The notes under the pieces were generated by a model. It saw only the letters and a list, made by a program, of their open reading frames with translations. It was not told the DNA's origin and did no database searches. DNA of 58,451 bases, the filler included, from Sphacelaria rigidula (Eukaryota): the NCBI GenBank assembly GCA_964200075.2. It is 10 parts of 10 records of this genome, joined end to end, with 100 filler letters (N's around TTAATTAATTAA, not from the genome) between each part and the next. Parts side by side here need not be neighbours in the genome. Positions count along the whole stretch, not along the records: positions 35,132 to 40,886 come from CAXNAA020024704.1; positions 40,987 to 46,741 come from CAXNAA020024705.1; positions 46,842 to 52,596 come from CAXNAA020024706.1; 7 more parts are not named here. The stretch is one strand, 5' to 3'. Below, one piece after another: positions 38,960 to 51,521 of the stretch (positions are counted from its first letter, which is position 1; each line of letters starts with the position of its first letter). Both the position numbers and the translations under genes were made by a program.

Positions 38960-39874
38960 TTAATTCCCCCTACCGATGCAGTTTGTATCTGTGACGTCTC
39001 GACTTGCGGTCTGTTTGAACCGAGGCGACACTGGCTCTAAACGTTTTCTTGACCCTCCATAGTTTCGCACCCTGGGACGAATACGGTCCCGTGAACTTTT
39101 TTCGACTTCTGCTCCGATTCCGAAAAGCTTGGGTCGTACTGGGCACCGGCGGATATAGTCCTTGGAAAGCGGTTCTGCTTCAAAGTCGCTGAAGGCGGAT
39201 AAGGGATTTGTCGAGAGAAGGACAAGATTCGAGCGTGCATTCGCGACTACGTCATCTCGTAATTTGAAATGATTGCTCTCCCCGCCCTGCATTGCTACCG
39301 ATTCCATATACCCGCCAAGGCCTTGTCCCAATCCTGCTATACAACTGAGGGGGACCGCCCGTATTTTCGCGTCGGCGGTAACCTCATTCGGAACCACGTA
39401 ATGAACACACTCCGTTTCTGCGGCTCGCTCAAGATTAACTGTCCACAGAATCGTGTCTCCGTTGGAGAACATGCCGTCGTGTGAGTTGTCAGACGAACTC
39501 CACGGGCTCGGCGCTTTCCGGGCTATCAGCACTGGCACTATATCCTGACCGCGGTGTTGCGCGGGGTCGACTCGAATAAGAGCAGTAGACCCATAGGGCA
39601 GGCGTTCCGGAAGATGGTTGAACAGCTGACACGGGTCGTCTTCCCTGGCGCTGACTTCCTCATCGACGTCTCCGTCAACCTCTTTTCTGCTGTATTCGGA
39701 TGGCCCGGAAATGATCCCGCGGCGGATGAGAGGACACAACTCTGGGTGCCGGTCGAGGCACATTTCGCAGCTGTATGGGAAACCGCGCAGAGGTGGGGGG
39801 GGAGATGCAGGTGTTTGGGGTGTATTCGGAGACGTTGCCATCGATAACAATTCCGAAAGTGAAGGTATATCCAT
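38960..39874 (-). CDS. 304-aa ORF of unknown function, likely a remnant of an element-borne gene
   Basis: Long frame that is not low-complexity, with a CEMC..H..LC motif. Broken protein-like frames flank it on both sides, and it lies ~1 kb inside the GAAGATTTTAAT terminus at 40886. Confidence 0.5.
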   Translation of the reverse strand: MDIPSLSELLSMATSPNTPQTPASPPPPLRGFPYSCEMCLDRHPELCPLIRRGIISGPSEYSRKEVDGDVDEEVSAREDDPCQLFNHLPERLPYGSTALIRVDPAQHRGQDIVPVLIARKAPSPWSSSDNSHDGMFSNGDTILWTVNLERAAETECVHYVVPNEVTADAKIRAVPLSCIAGLGQGLGGYMESVAMQGGESNHFKLRDDVVANARSNLVLLSTNPLSAFSDFEAEPLSKDYIRRCPVRPKLFGIGAEVEKSSRDRIRPRVRNYGGSRKRLEPVSPRFKQTASRDVTDTNCIGRGN

Positions 39875-41883
39875 TGATCGGAAACGCTTGGTGAATTCGT
39901 CTGTTGTTGGGGGAGCTCACAAGCTGGTAGACGGCGATGATGCCTGGTGTGCCCGTTGCTAACAAAAAGCATGTGCGCGTGTGCTACCTCGAGAGCAAAA
40001 AAGCTTTGAACAGGGAAAATCACGGGGCACAGACTGCACGTACCCCCCCGTACAACCGAATCCTTTGGCGGGTATACCGCTGCAGCTTTCCACGCCGCGA
40101 GTAGAATACGCCACCATACCACCATACCACCATATGGCAGTAATTCAAACAGCGCTGTGAGCACTGCCGGACCAAAAGAGGTTCACCCTCAACCGTGTTT
40201 TGTAACGTGGTACGCCCATGTAGCGCAAATTTAGTGTACCTCTGGTTGGCCAAAGATAGCGATCATATACCTTCCGTTGTTCTACTCGTATTGCCCATGC
40301 TAAGTGGAAGAAAAAACGACGTGACCAACTCCTCGTCATCGAACCGTAAGTTTGGGGTACCTGCTATCGGCCAAAGATAGTAGCGGTACACCCTTTCTTG
40401 TCTGCTCCTAAAATCGAAAGGACAAAATATCAAGGGCAAGAGCGATGCGCCTTCGTGGCATTGTCGTGCCGTTTTTGGTATATTTCTAGGGGTGGAGACG
40501 AGAGAGAGCGGAACACAGGTTTCTACAAGAGAGCATAGAGTGTGTACTTGGTTCTCTTCCGTCATCATCCATGATACAGTGATATCGGAGGTTGATGTGA
40601 AATGTGCGGCGTGGGCGATTGGTGCTACGGCCCCAAGTGTTCAAGTGGGACGCACCCGCGACCGGGCTACTACGCATACCCCCTATATCCCGCACACCCT
40701 TCATGTTCTAACTTTTCGAATCCCCGAGATCTCTGGATCAGAGCTCCCTTCTTGTCTTCCATTTCATGCACGTTCTAGTACGGGATCTTCACAACAGAAC
40801 CAAGTACACGCCCCATAACACGGGATCTTACAAATTGGGGATGGATCTTTTATTGGGGATGAGAAACCTGGAGAATTAAAATCTTCNNNNNNNNNNNNNN
40901 NNNNNNNNNNNNNNNNNNNNNNNNNNNNNNTTAATTAATTAANNNNNNNNNNNNNNNNNNNNNNNNNNNNNNNNNNNNNNNNNNNNGGGATGAGTGAGGG
41001 GGGGGCAGGAGGTCAGGAGGCCAGGAGGCCAGGAGGGGAGGAGGGGGATGGGTGGGTGGGTGGGTGGGTGGGGGTGGGGGGGGGTGAAGTGGAGGGTCGT
41101 CCTAGGTCCACTTCTTTATATACCAAAGCTCCGCTGCGAAATGAAGCTCGTGCCTATTGTGGTGGTGTAGTCCACTGTCTACTGTAAGTTGGGGTGTGAT
41201 ACATGTTTGGTGACAATGGCCATCGACGGCTGACTCCAACAATCTGCTGTCGATGACAATGGCTATCGGCAGTCGACTACGCCAGTTGGTCGTTGACAGC
41301 AATGGCTATCAACAAATGACGTCACTAGTCTCTCGCGAGTCGGGATGTACATTGACAGTCAAGGGCTAATATCCACCGTCGGCAGCAATGGCTGTGGACA
41401 ATCGGGTTTGGTGGACTATTGTTGGGACACATGTCTATCACCACTGCTTTTCGGCGATGTATTATATTGGACAATGACACTTGATGGTGGAGTCCACTGA
41501 TCCATTGTCGCCACAACGATGCATTGTGATTCCTACCTCATATATCTTGTTGATGACAAGGTCCATCCAAAGACAGCTGCCGGCGTCTATTGTCGCCGGC
41601 AATGGCCATTGTCGGCCATTTTCCGGGGTCTATTGCGGTGGCAATGTTCCATTACATGTTCTATTGTCCAGGGTATAAGCAGATTTCGCTCGCACACACA
41701 CAGTCGCCTCTCGACTTGCTACAGGCAAGAAAGCTAACAACACAGGACTTTACGAGTTGGGGGTGGATTTTTCATCGAGGGTGACAACCCGGAGGATTAA
41801 AATCTTCGTATCCGCGCCAAATCTTCACTTACTGGTAGCTATTGACAACTACTACTGGTAGCTATTGACAACTACTACACGCC

Positions 41884-42027
41884 ATACAAATTTGCAGTCT
41901 GAAAAACAAATGATGGGATCCTAGCTCAAAAACCGGTTTTTGGGAATGAAGGTAATCCGATCGGACCCCAAAATTGGTTTTTGAACGAGGGCCTCAACAT
42001 TTCGGTCATCGCAGTGCAGATTTGTAT
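41884..42027. mobile_element. Degenerate fold-back / MITE-like element
   Basis: atacaaatttgca..tcaaaaaccggttttt pairs with aaaattggtttttga..tgcagatttgtat. Confidence 0.55.
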
Positions 42028-42159
42028 CCACGGGTTTCTCAACCCCGAAAAAAATTCATCCCCGATTTGTGAAATCCCGTGATTGACGCGCTGGGATTTG
42101 AACATGAATGCAGGAAACCGATCGCACGTCTACATCACTATCGGAGATATCTGACTTAC

Positions 42160-43091
42160 CGCTTTGTTGTTCAGGGCACTAACGTCGAACTTCTTCCGCA
42201 TAAGCGAGAGGAAGTCACGAACGGCAGCGTGCCCCCCGATATTGAGAGGGGCAGGGACGTGGATGGGAAACGCCTTCACGAAACTAAGCGCCAAGTATCG
42301 TTGAGGATTTGTTCGAAATAATTGACTACTCCGTGCCGCTCCCAGAGTATTTTGGACCTCGATCGTCCTACACAGCACAGAAGATAGCGAGACGATGAAA
42401 CCGTGGCGTTTGCATTAGTCGGGAGCCGCACACATCACAGGATATGCAGTAAACGATTGAACCGGACGCTTGTCGCATGCTCCACGTCATGAAAACCCAA
42501 CAGAGCGAGCCATCAGAACAGAGCAAGCACATTGGCCTCAGCCAGGCTAGTATTGTGTGGGCACAAACTGAACGAAAACGAACAACTACAGTAAAGCACC
42601 CATTGACACTTCCTCTAGGCTCGAGAAACAATCAAACGGGAAAAGGTGTCACACTCACTTTTCGTCTGCAGCTTGTGTCCGGGAGCTTTTGATATTGTGC
42701 TGCTTGTCCAAATGGGTCGTAGCACTCGACGTTTGCTTGCTCGTAATTTTTATCATCGTTCTTTCGTTGCGACACTCTTCATCTGCTTGGCATAAGAGAA
42801 AAACTGCTCCCTCTCGACCGGCTTCTCCTTCTCGTCGTAGCTCCACTCCTCTTCCGGCTTTGCGTCCAACCGCACACCCCAAAAATGAATGACGCTAGGG
42901 CTTCGTGCGTTTGGGCGTGCGACGTAGCGGCCTTCTGCCGGGATGTAGTTGTTGATCGCCGTCTTTATTGGAATCGGTACGTTTTCCCGAAATTTCAATT
43001 GTTCGGGCTTGCCAAGCAATGGATTTGAATTTCTTGTGTCAATACATACGGCCAGGGCAATGGACGGAGAAATTTCATCGTTGATAGCCAT
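42160..43091 (-). pseudogene. 5' part of a hAT-like transposase with BED-type zinc finger, intron-containing and frameshifted (exons 43091-42659, 42367-42160)
   Basis: FLLCQADEECRNERTMIKITSKQTSSATTHLDKQHNI fits C-x5-C...TS..HL...H. The next exon, LSFVKAFPIHVPAPLNIGGHAAVRDFL, resembles the post-BED PFS.VE..FR segment. Donors are gtgagt and gtaagt. Confidence 0.62.
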
Positions 43092-43974
43092 TACGATCGA
43101 GAAAATACTCGTCTATTACGGTGAATTCTATTGCTACCGCAATAGATGCCTTTTATTGTCCAGGGTGTGAAGCCTACACGTCATGGAGGTGCACCCATCA
43201 CAGAGTCCGCCAATCAGACCCGCAACTCTACCTACACAATGTCCCTAACCTTAGGTAAAAATGGTGGCTAGAGTCTACACCGAGCAGGGGTGAGTTGTTG
43301 GTTGACATAGTTCCCCGTTTCCTCGGGGGTAAGTGTGTCCCTTCAGCAGCGGTATCTTCGAGCGTTATTTTGTTCAGCGCAGCGCTTGTTTTTCGGTGGC
43401 ATGTGGTCCCTCTCAGCTTGCTGAGCTGTGTTTAATTTAATCAAGGGCTTGAATATTAGATTTTGCTACTCGACGTAGCTTCGTTCTCTTTCGGTGTAAA
43501 TGTCTCACCCGGTGTGGACGGTTCTACTGGACTGCCCCCGTCACGCCGGAAAGGACAGCGCATTGCCCGTTCTCGACACGTGGTCTATCCACATACTCCA
43601 CGCGTGTGGAGATCCTTCCATTCCTCGTTCTTCATGGCGTGGAGATTGATCTTTTTTCGACGCCTTGCTTGTGTAAATAACCTAGCTCTCTATTAGATCT
43701 CTTTGCCCCGACCCCACCAGCCTCTCCGAACTTCTCTGCACCTTGCTCTTTCCTTGGGTTGGATTTTGGTCATGGTTGAGCACGTGGATTGGTTTTCGAT
43801 TAGTTTTAATCTTTTTCCGTGCTTTCGCAGTTGTGAAATTATTCCGCGTGGTTTTCGGGATTTATCCACAGTCTCGTTTCATACCTTGCTCCTACTTGTT
43901 TATATACCTATTTCTCACTTTTTTAGCATGCCTTCATCTTACCGCAACCTCCTGTCACTGAGCGTCATACTTTG

Positions 43975-45955
43975 TTGGGATGGGTGGAGGGTGTAAATGT
44001 ATCCGATTTTATAGATACTATCTACTACCTCACGGCATTTTCCAAGGTCACCGGTACAATGGATCGGAGCTTACGCCCGTGTATCTCCCCAATCGTGTTC
44101 CCGATGAGCACCGTTCGTGGGTCACGGCCGAAGTTGAATCAGAGTCATTCTACGATGGGGGTCGGGGTATTTGATTGCAAGAAAAACGAGGCTCATAAGT
44201 GTGTCGGACGATCTGCCAGACTCGCATGCTCGTATTTCGTTGAGAACGGTGTCGATCGGTATGAATGAGCGTGATTCATCTCTGACAAGCTCGTTCGAGC
44301 AACCGTTGCTGATTTCAACGATGATTTGACTTGAAATTTCGCGCAAGAAGTGGCCCAAAATACTCACCCACCCTATCGTAGGATGACTCATCACTGGAAA
44401 AAAAGGTTGTGTAGCCCGATGGGCTGAAGTAGCGGATATACATCTCCACTCTAAATAAACCCCACATGATACTTCCTTTCGGGGGGTCGAGCAGTCCAAG
44501 CCCAGACTCGTTTAGGACGCACGATGGTTGAATTCAATGTGTCGCCATGTCCCTTTCACTATGGATGGGGCCGGTAAGGTAGCTAGATCATTGTGCGTTG
44601 GCGCGGGGTTCACCAGTTTACTATCAATCATACGACTCGCTACCGCCACGTAGCTTTGTGGACACTTGTGGCAGTACTTTGGGGAAGGGGAGTTGTACGT
44701 GTTCACCGTTCTCGCTTTCGGTAGGTGTTACGCGCCATTCATTTACGCATCTCTCTCCCAGGCTGTAGCCTGGTACTTTCGTTCTCGGGATATCCCGGTG
44801 TTGATATGGATAGACGACTTCTGCTGGACGAACTTCCGATCCACTAGTGGCCAGCCGTCGGCAGCACGGTTCCGCACGACCTAAGCTGCCGCGTATTTGA
44901 GGTTAGACGTGTTTTACCTAGCGAGATACTACATTTCTGTCCCAAAACGCGAACTCTGGCCTATGACCCGCTTAGTATTCTTCGGTATCGGACTACTGCC
45001 GAGATACCCCCCCCCAGAACCGGCCAAACAAATGCACGAAGGCGATGGCCATAAATGCCGTTGGAGCTGGTTTGGTGCTGCACGACGCGACTCATTTGGG
45101 CATTATAGCTGATTTTGGATTGCTACACGCCCCACGCGTGGGCGAAATTGCCGCAAACGAGCCCAGTAATGGGATCGCAGCCGGTTTGTCGCCGGTCTTC
45201 GGTGCACTTTTTGTTGGGATGGCTATCTCGGCATTATTCATCGTGTGCGACTCGGCTCTGTGTTGGTTCTAGGCCCGTCGATTAGCTGGTTATATACTTG
45301 AGACGACTATTTCGGACGCGGTCTCATCTGGTGTTATCACAATTCGGATGCTCGAAGAAATAGGGGGGAAATGTACAAGTCTCTCTGTAGCTGTACCGGT
45401 CGCAGAGTTGTACATGCAACACTTGTACAAGCAGATCGCGGTTTCCAACGTACTGAGGGGCGGAATCGCGATACTGCCACATTGATATCCCGCCCAACTG
45501 TGGCCTTATGTTTGAGTTGCGGCAACGGTTGGAAATTTGAGCTTACTTCAATTGGGCCTCGTGGTACACGGCAAAGCGTATCTTATGCGTCTTCGAGCGG
45601 CTGAAGCGGTTTAATTCATAGCGCTGGGTACCCGGTCTATAATTCGGGAGGCGATTTTTCGACGCGCGTCGCGACGGCGAATATTGACGCCCGGGAAGAG
45701 CTCGCCCCACAGCATACTCTCGACTTGTTCTGCCGTGATTATCCCGCATGGATCGCACGATCCGCCCTCGTCTCAGCTGTCGACAGCGAAGTCTTGCATG
45801 ACTCTTTCCGGCAGGGCAGGATTAGAAATACAGTCATGCATGAAATTATCGCTCAGTTGTTCTGGGTGCAGGTACACCATGATTTTACGCTCAAACCCCG
45901 ATGGGTGAACTTTGCCACCAACGTGGAAGCAGATAACTTGTCGAGTGTAGAGTAG
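43975..45955 (+). mobile_element. DIRS/Ngaro (tyrosine-recombinase retrotransposon) RT-RNase H pseudogene
   Basis: GIFQGHRY..PNRVPDEHRSWV; KPRLV*DARWLNSMCRHVPFTMD; YVFTVLAFG..APFIY..WYFRSRDIPVLIWIDD; RNase H ASSSG*SG..NIDAREE..VDSEV..RWVNFATNVEADNLS. Multiple stops and insertions. Confidence 0.85.
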
Positions 45956-46533
45956 TCCACCTTCAGTACACGTGCGTGCAGGTTCATGATGATCTAAAAG
46001 TGGAACAATCTGCTGTAGGCGTCTTTTATTGGTTCACGGACTTGCGGGTCTGATCGGCAGACACTGTGGATTTGAACATCACATGCTTCACGCATGCGGT
46101 TACTTCCGATAACGAAGGCTGTCTGTTTATGAATAATAACTGTCTTCAAGTCTCCAGGCCCTAGTGAGGGAGGAAGCCCTTGGAGCAATCTTGTGACCTT
46201 GTTCTGAGTCCAGGAGGGCTTTATAATAGACGTTTATTAAGAGGAACCCGCTGGTTTCTGAAAGAGTTTTTTCAGCTGTGGGCAGCTGCGGAGAAATCAT
46301 ATCAGACTTTGTTTACAGGAGTGTGCACTCTGTAAAGTGAGGGAGCTCGCTGACAACAGAGAGACAGACGGCTAGGTTGGCTGAAACTGTTGCGTGCAGC
46401 TACGGCAAAGTGCAAGAAAATGGGTGATGGCGATGGTGAAGCTCAGGTATACTGAGCTTATGCCTGCAGGATCGCTGAAAGCCCCAGAGTACTGACGGCA
46501 TTTTAGCGAAAATGCGTACCGACGTTTTTATCA

Positions 46534-46608
46534 GAAATACGTAGTCAAGTTGGTTGTCTCTTAAACCGTCACAAAAAGTAGTCGCTGGTTCGATTCCCGT
46601 CGGACGCA
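46534..46608 (+). pseudogene. tRNA-like relic / SINE head
   Basis: A-box-like TAGTCAAGTTGG and B-box GGTTCGATTCC at tRNA spacing; stems poorly paired. Confidence 0.5.
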
Positions 46609-47034
46609 GTTTCCTTGAAGAAAAAAAAAGGAGAGAAAACCTCTGTAAAAAATTGGCCCAAAGAAAAAGGGTGGGGTATAGCCTGGTGGCCATATTAGGA
46701 GTTGACTGCTAGAGAACCCAGAGCACACACTCAGGAAATAANNNNNNNNNNNNNNNNNNNNNNNNNNNNNNNNNNNNNNNNNNNNTTAATTAATTAANNN
46801 NNNNNNNNNNNNNNNNNNNNNNNNNNNNNNNNNNNNNNNNNGTCATCTGCGGTCTGTTCGTGCTTTTGGTCGGTGACACTTTTTGGGCTCAGTTTGGGGG
46901 GTCAGACGCGCCCATAACGGTGATACATTATATGCCATAGCTGTCTTGGAACTCGAAGAACTTGTACCCTAAATTCATCCGAGCAGCATCGAACGTGCCT
47001 ATCTCACATACTATACAAAATTCGACTGAGCGGT

Positions 47035-47236
47035 CGACGAGGGAAAGGGACTGTTGAATCCCTCTCGCGATGAAAAATAAAGGCAAGCACCGCAGAAGGA
47101 AGGTGGGGTACTAATAACAAATAAAAAAGGAAAAGCTCCTGTTCTGACCTTCCTCCCGTGTGACCCCAGCTGGTGCGCCCACACATACCAAAAGGTGTAG
47201 ACCGGCGTCCAGAATAGATGAGACGACAACACACAT
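47035..47236 (+). mobile_element. (CA)n-tailed retroposon 3' end (copies 48750-48945 minus, 28510-28607 and 58325-58432 plus)
   Basis: Shared aaggtgtagacyggygyccagaataratgrgac(g)acaacacaca in four places across three contigs, with variable 5' truncation. Confidence 0.8.
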
Positions 47237-50200
47237 ACATGTCGCTTCCCTCGTACATTATAATAGCTTTTTTTGTCCACAACATGCCAATTATAGCCAC
47301 TGTTGCTCATTCAATTGCTTGGGCTACTTACACACCATTTTCCACAAAAAGGGTCGACCTCGAGTATGTGTGGACGCCTTGTTTGGACGTGCGAAACGTC
47401 GCTGACCACTGCTCTTTAAGGTAGCCAAGGACACGTCACACCTCTCTTAGGCTGCCAATCCCCAAGAAATACTTGAGACAACAGATGCAGACAGTGCGCT
47501 CGATTTAGCCGAACAAATCCACATAAATGCATACCCACGCTTTGCAATTCACCGAAGACCAGCACACATGCTTGTCGTGCCTCAGCAACAAAAGAGGGAA
47601 CGCGAGGTGATGCACAGTGTGCAAGGCATGTGGTTGCGGTAATCGCCGGGTCGAAGTCTGAAACGATATCGATCGCCCCAGAACTCAAAATCTAAGCCAA
47701 ATGAGTCAGTCCTCACAAAATGTGGCCCTTACTGCCATTGCACCACCTCTGTACACCACCACCCCTTCGAGCGGTAACACCAAGGGTTCCAACGGCTCGC
47801 AACTCTCATACGTTCGTTCAGCTTTTAATGATGACGCGTTCAACGATGCACACAGAAAAAAAAAAAAAGGCCAAACCTTGCGCTCAGGCAGTGTCGGACA
47901 TCACAAGGGAAAAAAAACGTAATCAAAATGTGTACGAAAATCAATATCAACACTGCTATTTTCACCTCTCTTTTCCCACGGCGCCCCTGAGTTCCTCTAG
48001 CCGATCCCAGTCGATCTCCCCATCCTGGATATCATTCCGATCCGCCATAACGAGTTTTGATTATCAGTCAGTTACAAGTCGCAGTCCCGTTGTAGTTGAG
48101 CGCAGGCGAGGAACCATGTGTGGCGGGCTGCCCGCCCGGCATAACCGTACTATAGTGGGACCCTCTAATTAATATGCGGCCCTTCTGATAACTCAGAAGA
48201 ATCTTCAGCGCATCTGATCTGCAAAAAAAGTGATTTTGACCGCGCTATAGCGGAGCACCGCACGCGAAGGACCCGCAATATGACGGAACCGACACCATAC
48301 TACGACCTTATATCATGCAAACTCCGTCTGGGAGTTCAGGTCCGTCTGAGATATCCGTCGGGGATGAGGATATATCCATCCGACATATCGACCCGGGGCC
48401 GCAGATCTGGGACCTGTATCCTGGATGTGGACGTACATCATCTACTTCCACAGTTTATTTTTGTCCTGCGTATAAGCATGTGTGTTAATTGCACACGGTC
48501 TTCTCACCTGGGGCCATGTTGCAAGTGCGGGGGATTTGTGGTCTCATTTGAACATTTTTGTGGACAGGACAGTTATTTTTTATTTTCTGTCCTTTTTTTT
48601 TCACTTCTTTTTCTGGTTTCCGTTCCTGCTTTGTTTCGTTTTTGTTTTGGTTACGTATGCTTTTGCTCTTTTTCGGTTCATTCCGTTTTTTTCCGTCTCT
48701 CTTTTTCATTTTTTTTATTTATTTGTCCGTTATTCGTTCTTTCTTTGGCGAGTGTGTTGTCATCCCATCTATTCTGGACGCCGGTCTACACCTTGCGGTA
48801 TATGTTGGCGCGCCAGCCGGGGTCACATAGGAGGAAGGCCATCACAGGAGTTTTTTTCTTTTCTTTGCTTTTATTCCTCCACCTTCCTTCTGCGGTGCTT
48901 GCCTTCCATTTTTTATCGCGAGAGGGGTTCAGCAGTCCCTTCCCCGGCGCGTATTCCCGTTGTGGTTACCCAACCATTGTTCTCATGATTATGGATGAAT
49001 ACTTCGGGGGTCAGCTCAAGTGCAACAATGAATCAATCAAACCAATCTGATCTCCACCTTCCGGGAGATCTTTCCGTGCGTACACAGCGCTACATTGTAT
49101 CCGCTCGCGCTAACGAAATAAGATAGGCTGCCACGTGTACCCCGCACTTTGCTTTACCAGCACAAGCTAGTCATGATAGCTGCCGTGAATGCTCACACGA
49201 TACTTTACTCTACGTACCACCACACGCTAACCCGAATGTATGCCCTACCAACACATGCTGCACGGTACTTCACGAGTGGACCCCGGCGGGTATGTACGCT
49301 TCACACGCCACACGGCACGCCAGATCGGACACCAGCACAGATGCATGCCCTACTAGCGCACACCAACTACTCTCTCTCCACTACCGACCGCCGCCGAACT
49401 GAGGATTGCTATGTCGGGGAAACCGAACCCGAACCAGCAAACAAACGAAACGCCCGCACGCGCAGAGGACAGGGACATGGCCTACAGGCTAGTCCGTCCA
49501 CTGCGTCTGTGGCAATGTGCCCTGTAGACTAGCCGGAGTGCTGTGTCGAAAGTGTTGAGTCGGAAGCTCAACCCTGCAGCCGCGAAGTTCTCCCGAGAGT
49601 TGGGAACGATGTCACCGAAAATGTGTCCATGCAGACGAGGCACGAGTGCGTGAACACAGTTTTCGGTGGACGGGAGCTAGCAGCTGACGCGGGTTGGGAT
49701 GGGACCAGAAGGCGAAAATTGCACCTAGATAGATGGACGAAAGAAGGGCTCGGAACGGGAAAAAAAACGTTGCTCAAACCGAAGACTAGAAGGCACGTAA
49801 AACAAGAAGGGCCCCATAGATCCTCTAGCGGTCATGTCTGACATCTACAGACGGGAGCAACTCACACCACTTATCGTCAGCGAGTCCAAGCAGCGCAGAC
49901 CCCGAAATACCCGTAGGTGAATCGGTCACCAAACCTGCCGAGATACTACTACGATCCGCCCAGAAGGTGATGCCACGTTCGACCTGAGAACTCCGTTTGT
50001 GAGGGGTGGTTCCATGATTTTGTTATTCGAGCCGGCTTCGAAGAGGGCTGGGATGGGCGGGAGAGGGTGAGGTCGGCGGTCCGAGTACGGTCCAGAGACA
50101 GAGGCTCGCACGGAGCGTCATCGTGCTGGAGTCTTCAAGCCGGGTTAAAGGAGTCTTTAGACTTGTATGCAGGAGAACCAGCGGAGTTCGTTGGAACCGA

Positions 50201-50469
50201 GGATAATGAGAGGCTGGTATGGGTATCTGGAAAGAGGATGGGGGTTCGAGGGGAGGAAGCTACAGAGCGAGTGGTGAGTTAAGGACGAGAGAAGTACAGC
50301 GACTGAGGCGCCGGGATCTCAAACCGAAATATGGATAGCGGGGCTTCCCCTGCTTGCCGGATACAACATCGGCAACCATTGGATCGAACCGCTCTCGGGA
50401 GCATCACACCATTGTCAAACGCTATGTTGTTTGAGAAATTCGCCAAACGTTAGACCACTAGGAGGAACT

Positions 50470-50700
50470 GAGAGCCATGACGAGCGGTGAAGGGATGAAC
50501 GAGAGCGGATAAGCTACCTGCTGAACTCCTCGCAGCTTGGATTTGACCGGAGGCCCGTCGGGGATCCTGTACCGCTTCAGCAGCATCATTGTTGCCGTTT
50601 CAACGTCTGGTGAGGTGCAACAGGAGTGGAAGAACGCTACCAGCGAAGTGCTTCACAAAAAAGACGGGACCGAGTGTGATGACGATATAGGGATTTGAAC
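50470..50700 (+). mobile_element. RTE-like LINE reverse-transcriptase fragment
   Basis: DKLPAELL..ILYRFSSIIVAVSTSGEVQQEWKNATSEVLHKKDGTECDDDIGI matches the LINE motif G.VPQEWK.A.I..L.KK.DR..C.NYRGI. Confidence 0.8.
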
Positions 50701-51333
50701 GACACACTGACAGAAGATTCGAGGCTGTCAACAGCTGGCGTTCGCCCGCGGCGCCTGAAACAGCTTCTTCACGCCAAGTTTCGACATGAAAAAATCACCC
50801 TCAAAAACAAGCCATAGCTTCCAGATACCCCTTTCCGTTCTTGTGCACGTATGCATACTCCGACTGGCTTTCCAGGTTTGTTGAAATCCGGCAGCCGTAG
50901 CCCGGGAAAGGTGCCGGAAATCAGGCTATTGGGACGCGGCAGTTACTCTGCGCTGAGGGCTAGATCGCCCTGGGCCGAAGAAACGGATGAGTAAGACGAG
51001 AGGTGCACTGATCTGCAACATATTCTGCTGTATTCGAACATGTTTCAAAGTTAATCATTTTGGAACTCGTTGAATATTCTTGCCTTTGTAAATCGGCATT
51101 ATTTTCAGTCAGTCGTTTTCAAGTCAAAATGATGCCGAATCACAAAAACAAAATCATCAACGGGTTCCCAAAGGGCCAAGGCGGCTGTCTGTCTCTATCC
51201 GAGAGTTATGGTCCACCCTTGCGAGGCAACTCCATCACTCCCCGGCCGGAGGCGGAAAATATAAGCACAGCGACCTCTGCTCGTGGGGCAGAGGTACGTA
51301 CGTAAAACACAAGAATGTACTTGTGATACTCAG

Positions 51334-51521
51334 CACACCCTGGATACAGTAATGACAATATACAGTCAATAGTTGCAGTAGACAATAAAATATACTGCGC
51401 AAAGTGTAAGTCTATTCCAATTATTGTCGCCTGACAGCAGTTGCAATAGGCCTATCCTCTGCGCAGTACATTTTTTGTCTACTGCAACTATTTGTCATAT
51501 ATTGCCATTATCCAGAGTGTG
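51334..51521. mobile_element. MITE-like fold-back element with CAC..GTG ends
   Basis: cacaccctggata..atagttgcagtagacaa..actgcgca pairs with tgcgcagt..ttgtctactgcaactat..tatccagagtgtg. Confidence 0.7.

Noticed and set aside
46534..46608. Functional tRNA-Asp
   Set aside because: Acceptor and anticodon stems do not pair.
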